64,000 nucleotides of DNA from the human T2T-CHM13v2.0 reference genome, Homo sapiens, in assembly GCF_009914755.1 (NCBI RefSeq), contig NC_060937.1; one strand, 5' to 3'. The position numbers and the translations under genes are program-made. Positions 23,811-37,931 of this stretch are shown piece after piece. Each line of letters begins with the position of its first letter. The first letter of the stretch is position 1. The notes under the pieces are model-generated. The model was not told where the DNA came from and searched no databases. It saw only the letters and a list, made by a program, of their open reading frames with translations.

Positions 23811-26131
23811 TGTATTGGTTGGTTTTCATGCTGCTAATAAAGACATACTCGAGACTGGGCAATGTACAAAAGAAAGAGGTTTAATGGACTTATAGTTCCA
23901 CATGGCTGGGGAGGCCTTACAGTCATGGTGGAAGGCAAGGAGGAGCAAGTTACCTCTTTCATGGATGGCAGCAGGCAAAGAGAGAGAGTTTGTGTAGGGA
24001 AACTCCAGTTTTTAAAACCATCAGATCTTGTGAGACTTATTCACTATCACAAGAACACCATGGGAAAAACCCGCCTCCATGATTGAATTATCTCCCACCA
24101 GGTTCCTCCCATGACATGTGGAAAATGTGGGAGTTAAAATTCAAGATGAGATTTGGGTGGGGACACAGCCAAACCATATCATTCCACCCCTGGCTCCTCT
24201 CAACTCTTATGTCCTCACATTTCAAAACCAACCGTGCCTTCCCAACAGTCCCCCAAAGTCTTAACTTATTTCAGCATTAATTCAAAAGTCCACAGTCCAA
24301 AGTCTCTTTTGAGACAAGGCAAGTTCCTCCTGCCTGTGAGCCTGTAAAATCAAAAGCAAGTTAGTTACTTCCTAGATACAATGGGAGTACAGGTATTGGG
24401 TAAATACGGCCATTGCAAATGGGAGAAATTGGCCAAAATGAAAGGGCTACAGGCCCCTTGAAGTCTGAAATCCAGCAGAGAAGTCAAATCTTAAAGCTCC
24501 AAAATGATCTCCTTTGACTCTATGTCTCACATCCAGGTCACACTGATGGAAGAGGTGGGCTCCCATGGTCTTGGGCAGCTCCACCCCTGTGGTTTTGCAG
24601 GGTACGGCCTCCCTCCTGGCTCCCTTCACGGGCTAGCATTGACTGCCTACAGCTTTTCCAGGTGCACAGTGCAAGCTATCAGTGGATCTCCCATTCTGGG
24701 GTCTGGAGGACAGTGGCCCTTTTCTCACTGCTCCACTAGGCAGTGTCCCAGTAGGGACTCTGTGTGGGGGCTCCAAACCCACATTTCCCTTCTGCACTGC
24801 CCTAGCAGAGGTTCTCCATGAGGGACCCACCCCTGCAGCAAACTTCTGCCTGGGCATCCAGGTGTTTCCATACATCTTCTGAAATCTAGGTGGAAGTTCC
24901 CAAACCCCCATCATTGACTTCTGTGTACTTGCAGGCTCAACACCACATGGAAGCTGTCAAGGCTTGGGGCTTACACACTCTGAAGCCATAGCCAGAGCTG
25001 TACCTTGGTCCCTTTTAGTCATGGCTGGAGCAGCTGGGACACAGGAGACCAAGTCCCTAGGCTTCACACAACATGGGGACCCTGGACCTGGCCCATAAAA
25101 CCATTTTTTTCTCCTAAACCTTTGGGCCTGTGATGGGAGGGGCTGCAGCAAAGTTCTCTGACATACCCTAGAGATATTTTCCCTATTGTCTTGGTGATTA
25201 ACATTCGCCTCCTCATTACTTATGCAAATTTCTGGAGCTAGCTTGAATTTCTCCTCAGAAAATGGGATTTTCTTTTTTAGCACATTGTCAGACTGTAAAT
25301 TTCTCGAACTTTTGTACTGTTTCCCTTTTAAAATGGAATGCCTTTAACAGTACCCAAATCACCTCTTGAATGCTTTGCTGCTTAGATATTTCTTCTGCCA
25401 GATACGCTAAGTCTTCTCTCTCAAGTTCAAAGTTCCACAGATCTATAGGGCAGGGGCAAAATGCTGCCAGTCTTTTTGCTAAAACATAACAAAAGTCACC
25501 TTTGCTCTAGTTCCCAACAAGTTTCTCATCTCCATCTGAGACCACCTCAGCCTGGATTTCATTGTCCATATCATTATCAGCATTTTGGTCAAAGACGTTC
25601 AACAAATCTCTAGGGAGTTCCAAACTTTCCCACGTTTTTCTGTCTTCTTCTCAGCCCTCCAAACTGTTCCAACCTCTTCCTGTTACCCAGTTCCAAAGTT
25701 GCTTCCACATTTTTGGGTATCTTTTTAGCAGTGCCCCACTCTACTGCTACCAATTTACTGTATTACTTTGTTTTCAGGCTGCTAGTGAAGACATATCCGA
25801 GACTGGGCAATTTACAAAAGAAAGAGATTTAATGCACTTATAGTTCCACATGGCTGCAGAGGCCTCACAATCATGGTGGAAGGCAAGGAGGAGCAAGTTA
25901 CATCTTACAAGGATGGCGGCAGGCAAAGAGAGAGAGAGCTTGTGTAGGGAAACTCCAGTTTTTGAAACCATCAAGTCTTGTGAGACTTATTCACTATCAT
26001 GAGAACAGCACAGGAAAGACCCACCTCCATGACTGAATTACCTCCCACCAGGTTCCTCCTGTGACATGTAGGAATTGTCGGAGTTACAGTTCAAGATGAG
26101 AATTGGGTGGGGACACAGCCAAACCATATCA
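23811..26131 (-). mobile_element. Full-length THE1 (B-like) MaLR element: LTR 23811-24181, internal 24182-25758, LTR 25759-26131
   Basis: Two direct LTRs tgtatt...aaaccatatca; exact TSD atgtc at 23806-23810 and 26132-26136; polypurine-tract complement ttccacccc at 24182; internal region about 1.58 kb without an intact ORF. Confidence 0.96.
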
Positions 26132-28093
26132 ATGTCTAAATGCAGAGAACTCAGAGATATACAGTCTTTATCCTTTGTCACTTTGTTTTTTGCTGCTTAA
26201 AAATTGTATTCCACTAGATGGAGAACATGTTAATTAAAATATTGATTGTAATTGTCCTTTTGAGATGGAAATGGGTCTGGGAACTATGCTACGTGAGGTA
26301 CCATGGAAGCATTTAAATATATTTTCCCCAAAGAGCAGACTAGAAAGAGAAACTATGAGATAATTCAGTGTTGAATACTTAAAGTCTATCCTTTCTAGAG
26401 TTACTCTATGAGAACATTACAGCGAGACATATTTTGAATCAACACAAGGAATAGTTTTCTAACCTTTTAAGACTTGTCTGAAAGTAGTCTGTTGCTAATG
26501 AGACAGGGCTCTCTACTACTAAAAGTTTCTAATGGAGGTGACACCTTTTCTGGGTGATTCTGCAGGAATTCTTTAAAGCAGATGGCCTCTAGTGCGTCTC
26601 AACAATGAGTCTATAACTCTGCTAAGACATCACTGAGCAATTATACCAACAAGAATACAAAGGAAATCTAAAAACAGAATTGGTGTTTGGTTTAATTGAT
26701 CCAGTAGAATAATTGTGGCTTCCCAGAGTGCTGTGTTGAGAAGGATCCTGAGGTCACCTCTGGGCTCATTATGATTGAGCATTGTAATTGATTAATGATG
26801 CTACACAGGGAAAGAAGTGAAGGAATAATTTCATTCTGATACACATGCCTGGCATGTGCCATCTTGACCTTAAAAGGTAAAGAGAAAAGTCTTCTCTCCA
26901 TTTTCCAGCATTTGATTATTCATTATATTCCTTTGTTCTTTATGCACCTAAGCATATTTGGTTAACTCAGTTTTGAAATTTCAATGATGAATAGTCTTTC
27001 GTGTAGAGGGTTTTTAAAATTAACTGAAAATTATACATTTATAACTTAGAATAAAGCATGTGGTGTATATTATAGTCTCTTTTAGGATGACATGATTTGA
27101 TTAAAGATTATAATGAACAATCAGAGGATTTAACTAATCCAAATTGGCCATTTAAATTATTGAAAATCTATCTGTCTTCATGTTTTGGGAAGCTTTGTGT
27201 CTGACTTCCACATGCCCTTTGTTCTTTTTGAAGTTTGCCTGGCTTAAAGAAAATTATTCAATACAGAGCTCAATTACAAATGTGCTTTGACAATCAGGAG
27301 GCTGTATCTGTGGTTTTATCTGGAACTTCAACAGAGGTGATAAAGAAGTTCCATGGCCTGGAATATAAATTCATGCATCTACAAAACAGTAATGCCTTTC
27401 CTTAGTGTAAAACTTCAGAGAAGACAAAATTTCTGAGTGCTTCTGGTTCAGAAAAGCAGCAATACTTACAGAATTGTTTTTTTCTTACTCAGATCTTCTT
27501 GTCTTAAAAAATATGCAGTGAAGTTCATGTAAATTTTTTGTTGTGCAGCCACAATAAAAAGTTACAAATAAAAAAGTGGTAGCTAACAGTATTTTGCCTT
27601 TTGCCAAATATACAAGTGTCACAGGACACCCAAAGTCTAATGACCTTGAGAAAAGTATAAGGCTTGAATTTTCATACAGATAGACTTTCCTAAATGACTT
27701 TTTGCCATAATTACACACAGTTAAGCATTTATTCAGCATCAAGCACAACTAATGTCTTTTCCTACCATTTATTTCCCCTTCTAAACAAGTTTATTTTAGT
27801 CATGCTGTTTAGTGAATTATTTTCCTCTGAAGACGTGTAGACAAACTAATCAACTAAAGAAAACCTAAAAACTGAGGAGTCACTGATTTGAGTTTTTTAA
27901 AAAGTTACCATCTAATTGTGCAACTGATAGTTTACATGTATCTATTTTGAACATTTTATATATAACCTATGCACAATTATCCTAAAATAAATATTTAATG
28001 AAGATGGAAAACCATAACACAAATGTTTCAAAACATAACGTCTTTTGCTTACAATTTTTCCTACTCTTTGGGTGGCATGATAAAGCCCCTTGT

Positions 28094-28400
28094 TTTTTTG
28101 TTTGCCTGTTTGTTTGTTTTTGAGACAGAGTCTCACTCTGTCTTCCAGGCTGGAGTGCAGTGGCATGATCTCAACTCACTGAGCCTCTGCCTCCCGGGTT
28201 CAAGCAATTCTTCTGCGTCAGCCTGCCGAGTAGCTGGGACTACAGGCACGTGCTGCCACGTCCGGCTAATTTTTGTATTCTTAGTAGAGACGGGGTTTCA
28301 CCATGTTGGCAAGAATGGTCTTGATCTCCTGACCTCATGATCTGCCCGCCTCGGCCTCCCAAAGTGCTGGGATTAGAGGCGTGAGCCACCACACCCGGCC
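28094..28400 (-). mobile_element. AluS (Sc-like) SINE
   Basis: Antisense Alu; TSD gccccttgt at 28085-28093 and 28401-28409. Confidence 0.95.
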
Positions 28401-30994
28401 GCCCCTTGTATATAGACTTATTCTCTACCTTTTAAAGCACTAGAAAAGCAACAATGAATATTGCAAAGGCACTAGTTCCTGTTCTCAAGATATTTGTGGT
28501 CTGCAGGAACAAGACAAACGAGTCAAATAGCAATGACAGGGCGAAGTGGCATGTGCTTAATGTACTTTGGGGTCCATAGGATGTTGTCTAATCCAGACTA
28601 GAGGGGTGATGCCCACGGCCTTGCAGGAGAATGGCACTTGGACAATATGTGGGAGCAAGATGAAAGGTGAATAAGGTCAGGAGAGTGGAAGGCATGCAAG
28701 AGAAAGAAAGAACATGTGCAAGAGTCCTGAATTGAAAGAATACTGGGCCCCATTCAAGAAATTGCAGATAGAGGAAAAAAAGATTATCTTTATGTTAGAG
28801 AGAGGCAGAGAGTCATGTCTATACCTAATCATTTTCCAACTCACACACAAACTCTCCAGACAGCCCTCTCCCTCCTTGACATCTGCATTGAATGGCCAAA
28901 AATAAGAGTGCCAGCCCTGCACTAAAAGAAGTAGTTTAGTAATGATTCTGAAGTAAAGCAGTGGTTTGATTCTGATCCAGGAATACCATCGTTATTACTC
29001 TCTCCTAAAGCATTCACAGATGAAAGCAGTGCAGTCATGAAATGTGCAAGCTTCTTTACATAAGCTTCTTTTGTAAAAAATGGTTCCTTTGATCCCATCT
29101 CACAATCTACTTAAAATAAAATACTTTCAAGATTTTGCAGTGACAGAGCTCAGCACAAAAATGGAGCTACCATAATGCCAGCAAGAATATAAAAATTTTT
29201 AAGGGGCTGTTGGATATGTTTCCATTTGCCTGTACTCAGCTCTAGGGGTAGTACTGGACATAAGCATAAATAATTTGCCATTTTAATGTCCTCCCTCTGC
29301 AGCAGGAGGAGATCTTTCCCAACATGAACCTCGGGTTATAGAAAAGAGTCATTGTGGATAAAGGTGTCAGATTACACGGAGATTCTGCTGATGAGACCTG
29401 TTTCACAGGTCCAAGTATCAGGTGGTTCTGTGCATTCATCCTGTGGTCTTTCTCTCCTGGACCGCTAGGAGACCAAAGGACCCTCTAGGATAAGCCTTTA
29501 AATAATCTTGAATTTTAAAAAATTAAAACAATAGTAATAATAACCTTGAATTTTTCACTAGAGCTTTGTTTAACTTTAACAACAACAACAAAAAATGACA
29601 TAAATGGTGCTTGGGAAAATGAGATCACAGTCAACCATCCAAACTGCACTATGTCACATCTCTTTGCCACTTGGGAAATGGCACTATTAGCAAAAATAAG
29701 TACGATAATGTCGTTTAAAAATGAAGGTGAAGCCATGAGTTACTATTTAAGCAAAATCTTTGCATCTGGCAGAGTTTCTGTTGTTTTAGGAATCAGTGTG
29801 TATTAGAGAACCATAGATTAGCTGTGCATATTTTCTCAGAAGTACAAATCCCTTCAGTCCAATAGTAAATACTGAGCATAAAAACATCATACTTTATTTG
29901 ACAAAAATCTTCAATAGCCTCCATGCATTTTTTCAGAATAGCAATCATCATGGGAAAGTAGAGATTAAATAATTCATATTCAATAGCTCAGTAAAAAAAA
30001 ATACTTTTCAAAATAGGGGCAAATACGTTTGCTCATTCCTCTGTTTCAAGAGCATATGTGGTGTAAAATTTTCAGAAGACTATTATGTGCAGCATAGACA
30101 AGGTTATGTTTTAAACATGACAATGAAGGTTTAAAGATGATTTTCAACAGATTTCAGAAATCACATTGTATTTAAACTACTTGAACCCCTTCTGCTAACT
30201 TACAGCTCTAAGAAATTCCTCCCCTTCAGGATGCCTCTTCTCCATGTTGTACCACTTGAATTTTATCACCCTTGAGTATTTGTTCTTACACTAGCAAATA
30301 TGTTTTGTGTACCCATGACTTCAGATAGAAAAGTCACCAACAGTTGTCCTTTGATGCACAGTGTTGAAGACGGAAGCAGAGCAGACAATTACCCCAAATC
30401 ACCTGGCTTTCAGCACCTCAACACCAGCTGCCTCCCTAATATTTTGGAAGCAATTAGGTAGAGGTCTCTTGGAATTTGGTCACCAAAATGACTACATTTC
30501 TGCCTTGTAGGAAGATGATCTACATAACCATGACTGAAACAAAAGTTTTATCTCCTCATCATTTATGTATTCTTTCCTTAGTTAAATGTTGATTAGATCA
30601 CAGTGAGTCTGGTGTTACATATGAATATGGTACAGTCAATTAACATGAGGGAAAATAGACATTTTATAACCTCTTTCCAGAACTGAGGTAGTTATATAAA
30701 TTTTTTAACTGGGCAACAAATAAAGTGGCTGGCCTATCAGATGTTTTTACTCCTAGACCTTAAATTTTTTTTTATACTCATTATGATTATAAATTTGTAT
30801 AAACCCCTAAGTTACAACACATGGGAAAAATATCTTTGTATTTATCATGTGATAGTAGCTATACACAATCATCTGCATTAATGGTGTGTGAAGTCATAAC
30901 CAATTTATGAATGTAATAATACAGTAAGCTTTAAAACATAGAGTCTTCAAACTTTAGCATGGTGTGTGTATGTGTATGTGCGTGTGCACGTGTA

Positions 30995-33655
30995 TCAGCT
31001 TTACTGAGATAATACTGATATATAAAACACTGCACGTTTAATGAACACATTACCCTTGAAGAGTTTGGACATATGAATACCCCCATGATACCATAACCCA
31101 ATCAAGGAAATAAACATATTTATCACCCCCCAAAATTTCCTTGTGTCCCTTTGTGTTTTATTTTTTGCAGCTTTTTGTGTGCAGGTGTGTGTGTGTGTGT
31201 GCGCTAAGAATATTTTACATGAGATCTACCCACTTAATAAATTTTAAGTGCACATTACCATACTGTTAATTATAGGCGATATATTGTACAGCAGCTCTTA
31301 AGAACTTACTCATTATGCAAAACTGAAACTTTAAACCCATTGAAGAACAACTCCCCAATTTCTTCTTACCATAGACCTTGGCAACCGCCATTCATTCTAT
31401 TCTCTGCTTCTATGAGTTTGACTATTTCAGGATACCTCCTATAAGTGGAATGATGCAATCAGTATTTGTCCTTCTATGCCTGGCTTATTTCACTTAGCAT
31501 AATGTCTTCAAGGTTTATGACAAGGTTTATTTTTATGACAGGATTTCCTACTTTCTAATGCTGAATAATATTCCATTGACTGTATATACTACATCTCTTT
31601 ATCTATCCATCAGTCCATGGACATTTGGGTTGTTATCTTGGCTAATGTGACTACTGCTATAATACACATGAGAATGCAGATACCTCTTTGCAATCTTGTT
31701 TTATCAATTCTTTTGGACATGTACCTGGAATTGGTGTTGCTGAATTATATGTTAGTTCCATTTAAATATTTTGAGGAACCTCCTTACTGCTTTTCATAGT
31801 AGCTGTAATATTTTACATTCCCACCAACAGAGTGCAGGGGTTCCAGTTTCTCCACATCCTACCCAACACTTATTATCTTTGTTTTTTTTTTTAAAATAAT
31901 GATCATCCTAGCAGGTGTGAGGTGATAATTTACTGTGCTTTCATTAAATTTCCCTGATGACTAGTGATGTTGAGCATTATTTTATTTACCTGTTTACCAT
32001 TTATATGTCTTCTTTGGAGAAATGTCCATTAATGTCCTTTGCCCATTTTTAAATAAGGTTATTTGTCTTTTTGCTATTGAGATGTGGTTGTTCCTTATAT
32101 ACATTGGATATTATCTATCTATCTATCTTACTATCTATATCATATAAAAGGTTTGCAACTGTTTTCTCCCATTATGTAGGTTGTCTCTTCACTCTGCTCA
32201 CTGTTTTCTTTGCTGCACAGGAACTTTTAGTTTGATGTAGTTCCACTCCATTTTTGCTCTTGTTTCATGTGCTTTGGGTTTGATATCCAAAAAATTATTG
32301 CTAATGCCAATGTCAAGAAGCTTTTCCTGTGTGTTTTCTCCTAGTTGTTTTAGAGTTTCAGGTCTTATGTTTAAGTGTTTAATCAATTTTGGGTGGGATT
32401 TTATATATGGTATAAGATACAGTCCCAATTTCATTCTTTTTAATGTGAATGTCCAGTTTTCCCAACACCACTTGAAGAGACTATCTTTTCTCCACTGTGT
32501 ATTTTTGGTACCTTTTTTTGAAGATAAGTTAATCATATACATGTGGTTTTATTTCTGGAATCTCTATTCTGTTCCATTGATCTATATGTCTGTCTTTATG
32601 CCAGTGTCATACTGTTTGAATTACTGTAGCTTTCTAATACATTTTGAAGTTAGGAAGTGTGATGCCTCCAGCTTTGTTCTTTTTCCTCAAGATCACTCTG
32701 GTGCTTCTGTTTTTTTTTTTTTTGTGGCTTTATATGAATTTTAGGATTTTTATTCCATTTATGACATTGGGATTTTAACGGGGATAACGCTGAATCTGTT
32801 GATCAGTTTGGGTACTATGGACATTAGAACAGTAACAGTATTAAGTTTGCTAATCAATGAACACGGGATATTTTTCCATTTATTTGGGTCTTTAATTTCT
32901 TTCATCAACATTTTGCAGTTCTCAGTGTACAAGGTTTTCACCTCTTTGGTTGATTTATTCCTGAGTATTTTATTTTTTTGATGCTATCGTTAATGGGATT
33001 ACTTCTTAATGTTTCTTCAGATAGCTCATTGTTAATGTATAGAAACATGACTGATTTTTTAATGTTGATTTTGTATTCTGCAACTTTACTGAATTTGTTT
33101 ATCTCAACAGTTTTTTAGTGGAGACTTTAGAGTTTTCTAGATATAAAATCATGTCATTTGCATATAGAGACAATTTAAGTTTTTCCTTTCCAATTGGAAG
33201 CCTTTTATTTTTTTTTCTTGTTTAATTGCGCTGGCTAAGATTTCTAGTACTGCGTTTAAGATAAGTGATAAGAGCATTCCTGCCTTGTTCCTGATCTCAG
33301 AGGAGAAGCTTTCAGCTTCTCATCTTTCAGTATGATGTTAGCTATAGGCTTGTTATATATGGCCTTTATTATGTTGAAGTACATTTCTTCTATACCCAGT
33401 TTATTGAGCATTTTTCATTATAAAAGGGCATTAAATTTTGTCAAATGCCTTTTCTGCATTTATGGAGATGATAATATGCTTTCTATCCTTCATTCCCTTA
33501 ATGTATTTCATATTTATTGTTTTGTGTATATTGGACCATCCTTGCATCCCAGGGATAAATCCCACTTGATCATGCTACATGATCTTTTTAATGTGCTATT
33601 GAATTTGGTTAGGTAGTATTTCACTGAGGATTTTTATCATCTATGTTTATTAGGG
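30995..33655 (-). mobile_element. L1MA10/L1MB1-like element: 3' UTR and ORF2 C-terminal part (non-inverted segment)
   Basis: Antisense L1 3' end cagctttactgagata; decayed ORF2 peptides on the minus strand at 32198-32542 (WCWENW) and 32759-32941 (NKWKNIPCS). Confidence 0.9.
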
Positions 33656-34700
33656 ACCCAAAAGACATATATAGAACATTCTACCCAACAGTGGCAGAAT
33701 ACACATTCTTTCTAAGTGCATGCGGAACATTCTTCAAGATGGATCACATGTTAGGCTACAAAGCAAGTCTTAACAAATTTGAGAAGATTGAAATCATGTC
33801 AAGTATCTTTTCTGAACACAATGGTATAAAAGTAGAAATCAGTGACAGGAGGCAGATTGGAAAATTCACAAATATGTGGAAATTTAATAATATATTTTTG
33901 AGCGACCAATGGGACCAAGAAGAAATCAAAAGGCAAATCCAAAAATATCTTGAAACTGTGAAAATAATAGTACAACAGAGCAAAACATATGGGATGCAAC
34001 AAAATTAGTACTGAAAGAGAAGTTTATAGCAATAAACACATACATTAAAAAGGAGAATGATCTCAAAAAACCTAATTTTCTACCTCAAGAACCTAGAAAA
34101 AGAACAAACTAAGCCCAAAGTTAGCAGAAGGAAGGACACAATAAAGATTAGAGTAGAAATAAACAAAATAGAGGTTGGAAGAATAATCTAACAACAAAAC
34201 TAAGAGTTGGTTTTTTGCAAAGATAAAATTGACAAACTAAGAAAAGGCAGACTAAGATAAAAAGAGAGAAGCAGCAAATAAAATTAAAAATGAAAGAAGA
34301 GACATTAAAAATTGATGCTGCAGACATACTAAGGATCATTGCACTACTGTGAACAATTACACACCAACAAATGGGATGTCCTAGAAAGAAAATGAATAAA
34401 TTTCTGGATACATACAACCTACCGACACTGAGACATGAACTAAAAGAAACTCTAAACAGAACACCAACAAGTAACAAGACTGACACAGTAATAAAAAACC
34501 TCTCAACAAAGAGAAGTTCATGACCAGATGGCCTCATTGGTGAATTCTACTAAACATTTAAGGAAGAATTAATGCCAGTCCTTCTCAAACCCTTTTAAAA
34601 AATTGGAAGAGAAAGGAATCTTTCTAAACTCATTTTATGAGCCCAGCATTACCCTGATACCAAAGCCAAACAAAAACACTACAAGAAAAAAAAATTTTAG
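33656..34700 (+). mobile_element. Inverted 5' segment of the same L1 (end of ORF2 endonuclease domain and following region)
   Basis: ORF 33643-34008 reads DIYRTFYPTVAEYTFF...DHMLGYKASLNKF...SEHNGIK; segment ends in the SITLIPKP-encoding sequence. Confidence 0.9.
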
Positions 34701-34717
34701 GTAAGTATATTTTTATA

Positions 34718-35002
34718 CCTTACCCATATCCATGGATTCTGTTATCTGCAAATTCAACCAACTGGGGATTGAAAATACTTTTAAAAAATAAGAAATGACA
34801 AGAAAAATAATACAAATAAAAAACAGTACAGTATAACATCTATTTATGTAACATTTACATTGTAATGTAGAGATGATTTAAAGTATGGGGAGGACAGGCA
34901 TAGATTGCATGCAAATATATATGAAGGATTTGAGAAATGGCGGATTTTTATATTTCACGGATCCTGGAACCAGTCCCCCAAGGATACCGAGGAAGGACTG
35001 TA
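34718..35002 (-). mobile_element. MER2-like Tigger MITE
   Basis: aattcaaccaac...tagagatgatttaaagtat...tcctggaaccagtcccccaaggataccgaggaaggactgta (TIR plus TA). Confidence 0.85.
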
Positions 35003-35479
35003 CCTATAAAATTTTCCCAGAACATTTTGCTATAAGGCTACATTAGATAGAACTGCCAATTAAATTCTGCGATCCTTTCCATTTTAGAAGTAAACACAGT
35101 GATATTTCAGAGATTTTTAATAAGATAGTTTGAAGTGTGAGATAAGTATAAAGACAGGGCCATGCTGTTATTTAGCAGTACTAATAGATCCATATTGAAG
35201 GTGTTTTTCATATCCATCAATGTTTGTAGAGTCATTGGGGTCTCTGCAGATGATGTATTTGAGTTCGTTGAGGACAGTTATTTCACCCATGGTGAGCTTA
35301 ATGCAAAAATGTTTCTGCGAGGTTGCTTTACACTTTAATATTTCTAACTAATAGGACATTTCAAGTGTATGTCCCATGGTTGTACATATGTGTGAACCTA
35401 TATTCCTCCTGACAGCCTACATTTCAAAAATTGTGAATAACACAGGCACTACTTCCTCAGAGTTCCATAACCATTGTAA

Positions 35480-35665
35480 AATCTGTCTCCATCATTGCTC
35501 CTCACATTGCTGTGCAATTATTTCTTTGTGTCTGTTTCCTACATCAGACTTTTAAGCTACCTGGATGACAGTGTCTAGTAGTATTTATCTTTACTTCCCC
35601 AGCTTGTATCACATTGCCTGACACATAAGAGTGCTGCAACAAATATTTGCTAATTAAATAAATTA
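35480..35665 (+). mobile_element. L2 3' end
   Basis: cagacttttaagctacctg...tgcctgacacataagagtgctgcaacaaatatttg. Confidence 0.65.
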
Positions 35666-36281
35666 CATGGTTGACACATTTGGTATCCAGACTGTTGAGA
35701 GAGCACAATGTCCTGATGGTTTTTGTTATTTTAATGAGTCATAAGAAATGCCATAAATGATACCATGTGTTCTACACTTTCCCTCTTTCTGGGACAACAT
35801 AATGCAATTATTTACAAGAATCCCAAAGAGATTTCATTTCTCATAGAAAAGAAAACCAGAGACCAGTCATTTGAGATTCATCATCCCAGGATTCAATTTT
35901 AGAAGAGCCCAATTCCCCAACCCCCATGTGAAACTTTTTAAGAAAAGACAGACTGCCTTAGTGTCTGGAAATTTAAGGTTTGTGAATCTCAGCTCCTAGA
36001 CTGACTAAAACATTTATTTCTTTTGTGACTTCACCTTGTCAGTGAAATTTAAAAGCTGAGAATTTGAAGAAAAAGGTGATAAGTAATTTTAATTATATTT
36101 GGGTAAAAATTGCATTATTAGAATACATAACACAGAGAGATCTACTCCAAGCTATTAATCTGGAAAAATCATTTAAAGACATTAGGATTATTATTCATTA
36201 CCTTAGATAAACAAAATAAATAAATCCCAGTGGCAATAGGAAGAATGATAATCAGGTTAATATTTTTTTTCATTCTAAGGG

Positions 36282-36640
36282 TATGTTTAACTACTTGGGC
36301 AACTATAAAAAATGTCATAGACTGGGTAGCTTAAACAACAGACATTTATTTCTCACAGTTCTGGAGGCTGGCAAATTCAAGATTAAGGTGCCAGCTGACT
36401 TAATTCCTGGTGAGGGCTCTTCCTGACTTGCAAATGGCCACCCTGCTGTGTCCTCACATGAGGAAGAGAGAGCAACTTCTCTCTCTGTTCTTACAAAGCC
36501 ACTAATCCCACCATGATGGCCTCCTTATGACCTCATCTAACCTTAATTTCTTTCCCAAAACTTGATCTCCAACCACAATCATATTGGTGGGTCGAGCTTC
36601 AAGATATGAATTTTGGAAGGATACAAATCAGTTCATACCA
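36282..36640 (-). mobile_element. MLT1A-like MaLR solo LTR
   Basis: gcttaaacaacagacatttatttctcacagttctggaggctgg; TSD aaggg at 36277-36281 and 36641-36645. Confidence 0.9.
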
Positions 36641-37479
36641 AAGGGGAAGTATTTCACCATTTTAGTTTTGTTTAGCTCATCAATGCCAAAGATGTTCTTT
36701 TAGAGTCTTCTGATGAACCTCATTGATAGCAGCTAGCAATGTAACAGAATGTTTAGGACAGTAACAAGTTCTAAGGGAAGAAAAGACCATGGGTGTCTGT
36801 GGTAGCTGCTGGGGAAAAGTGTTAACCTGGAAGATTCTGGGCACAGTCCCTCAAGCAATAGGCTTATCACCAGGTATTGCTACTAATGCTGGCTAGCTCT
36901 AAAAGACTCATTAAGAAATTAAAGAAATACCTCCAACTTCATAATATTTGTATCAGCCAACCATTCAATTCATTTCTAAAACTGTTGTATTGTGTTTATC
37001 AAACCATGTTTCCAGCAGTATTACTACCACCATTTAATTGTCAATGATCCTAAACTATTTTTTTACTAATTCTCTGGAACTCAAAGACATATTATCTCTT
37101 CAGTTACTCTCCCACTGGTTTGTCATGAACACTGAAATTCCCATATTTAATGTCTCTCTTTACCACAAAGGAGTATAACAACAATGGCTTTGTTAACTTG
37201 TTAAGAGAATGTATTGAACGACTACTATCCATAAAATATTACTACTCAGAATTACAAGAAATGGACACAGGAGAGAGAAGTTTAAATGGGAAAAGGAGCT
37301 GAAGGAGAGTTCAGATTTAAGTGGCACCTCATTGCAAGCAGGAGTTCTACAAAAGCACTCCATATGTAGGCAAAGTTGACATTGGAAAGGAAGAAGCTGG
37401 AAGTCCTGGAAAACAATGTGGCTAGAAGGAATTACTCAGGTTGCAAAGCCCAATTATATATATTTAACTATCTTGCTAA

Positions 37480-37931
<452 letters not shown>

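Noticed and set aside
23862-25974. Cluster of ORFs within THE1
   Set aside because: Short open frames on both strands of a non-autonomous MaLR; no intact gag or pol
29290-29370. Possible coding exon after ctccctctgcag
   Set aside because: All three frames hit a stop before a plausible donor
32274-32744. 156-aa hydrophobic ORF
   Set aside because: Antisense reading of A-rich L1 ORF2, which produces spurious F/L-rich peptides
33643-34008. 121-aa endonuclease-like ORF
   Set aside because: Decayed L1 ORF2 piece; the ATG comes from the inversion junction and the catalytic SDH motif reads SEH
34695-34706. Consensus splice donor tag|gtaagt at the L1 inversion edge
   Set aside because: No matching acceptor or exon evidence; expected by chance in 64 kb
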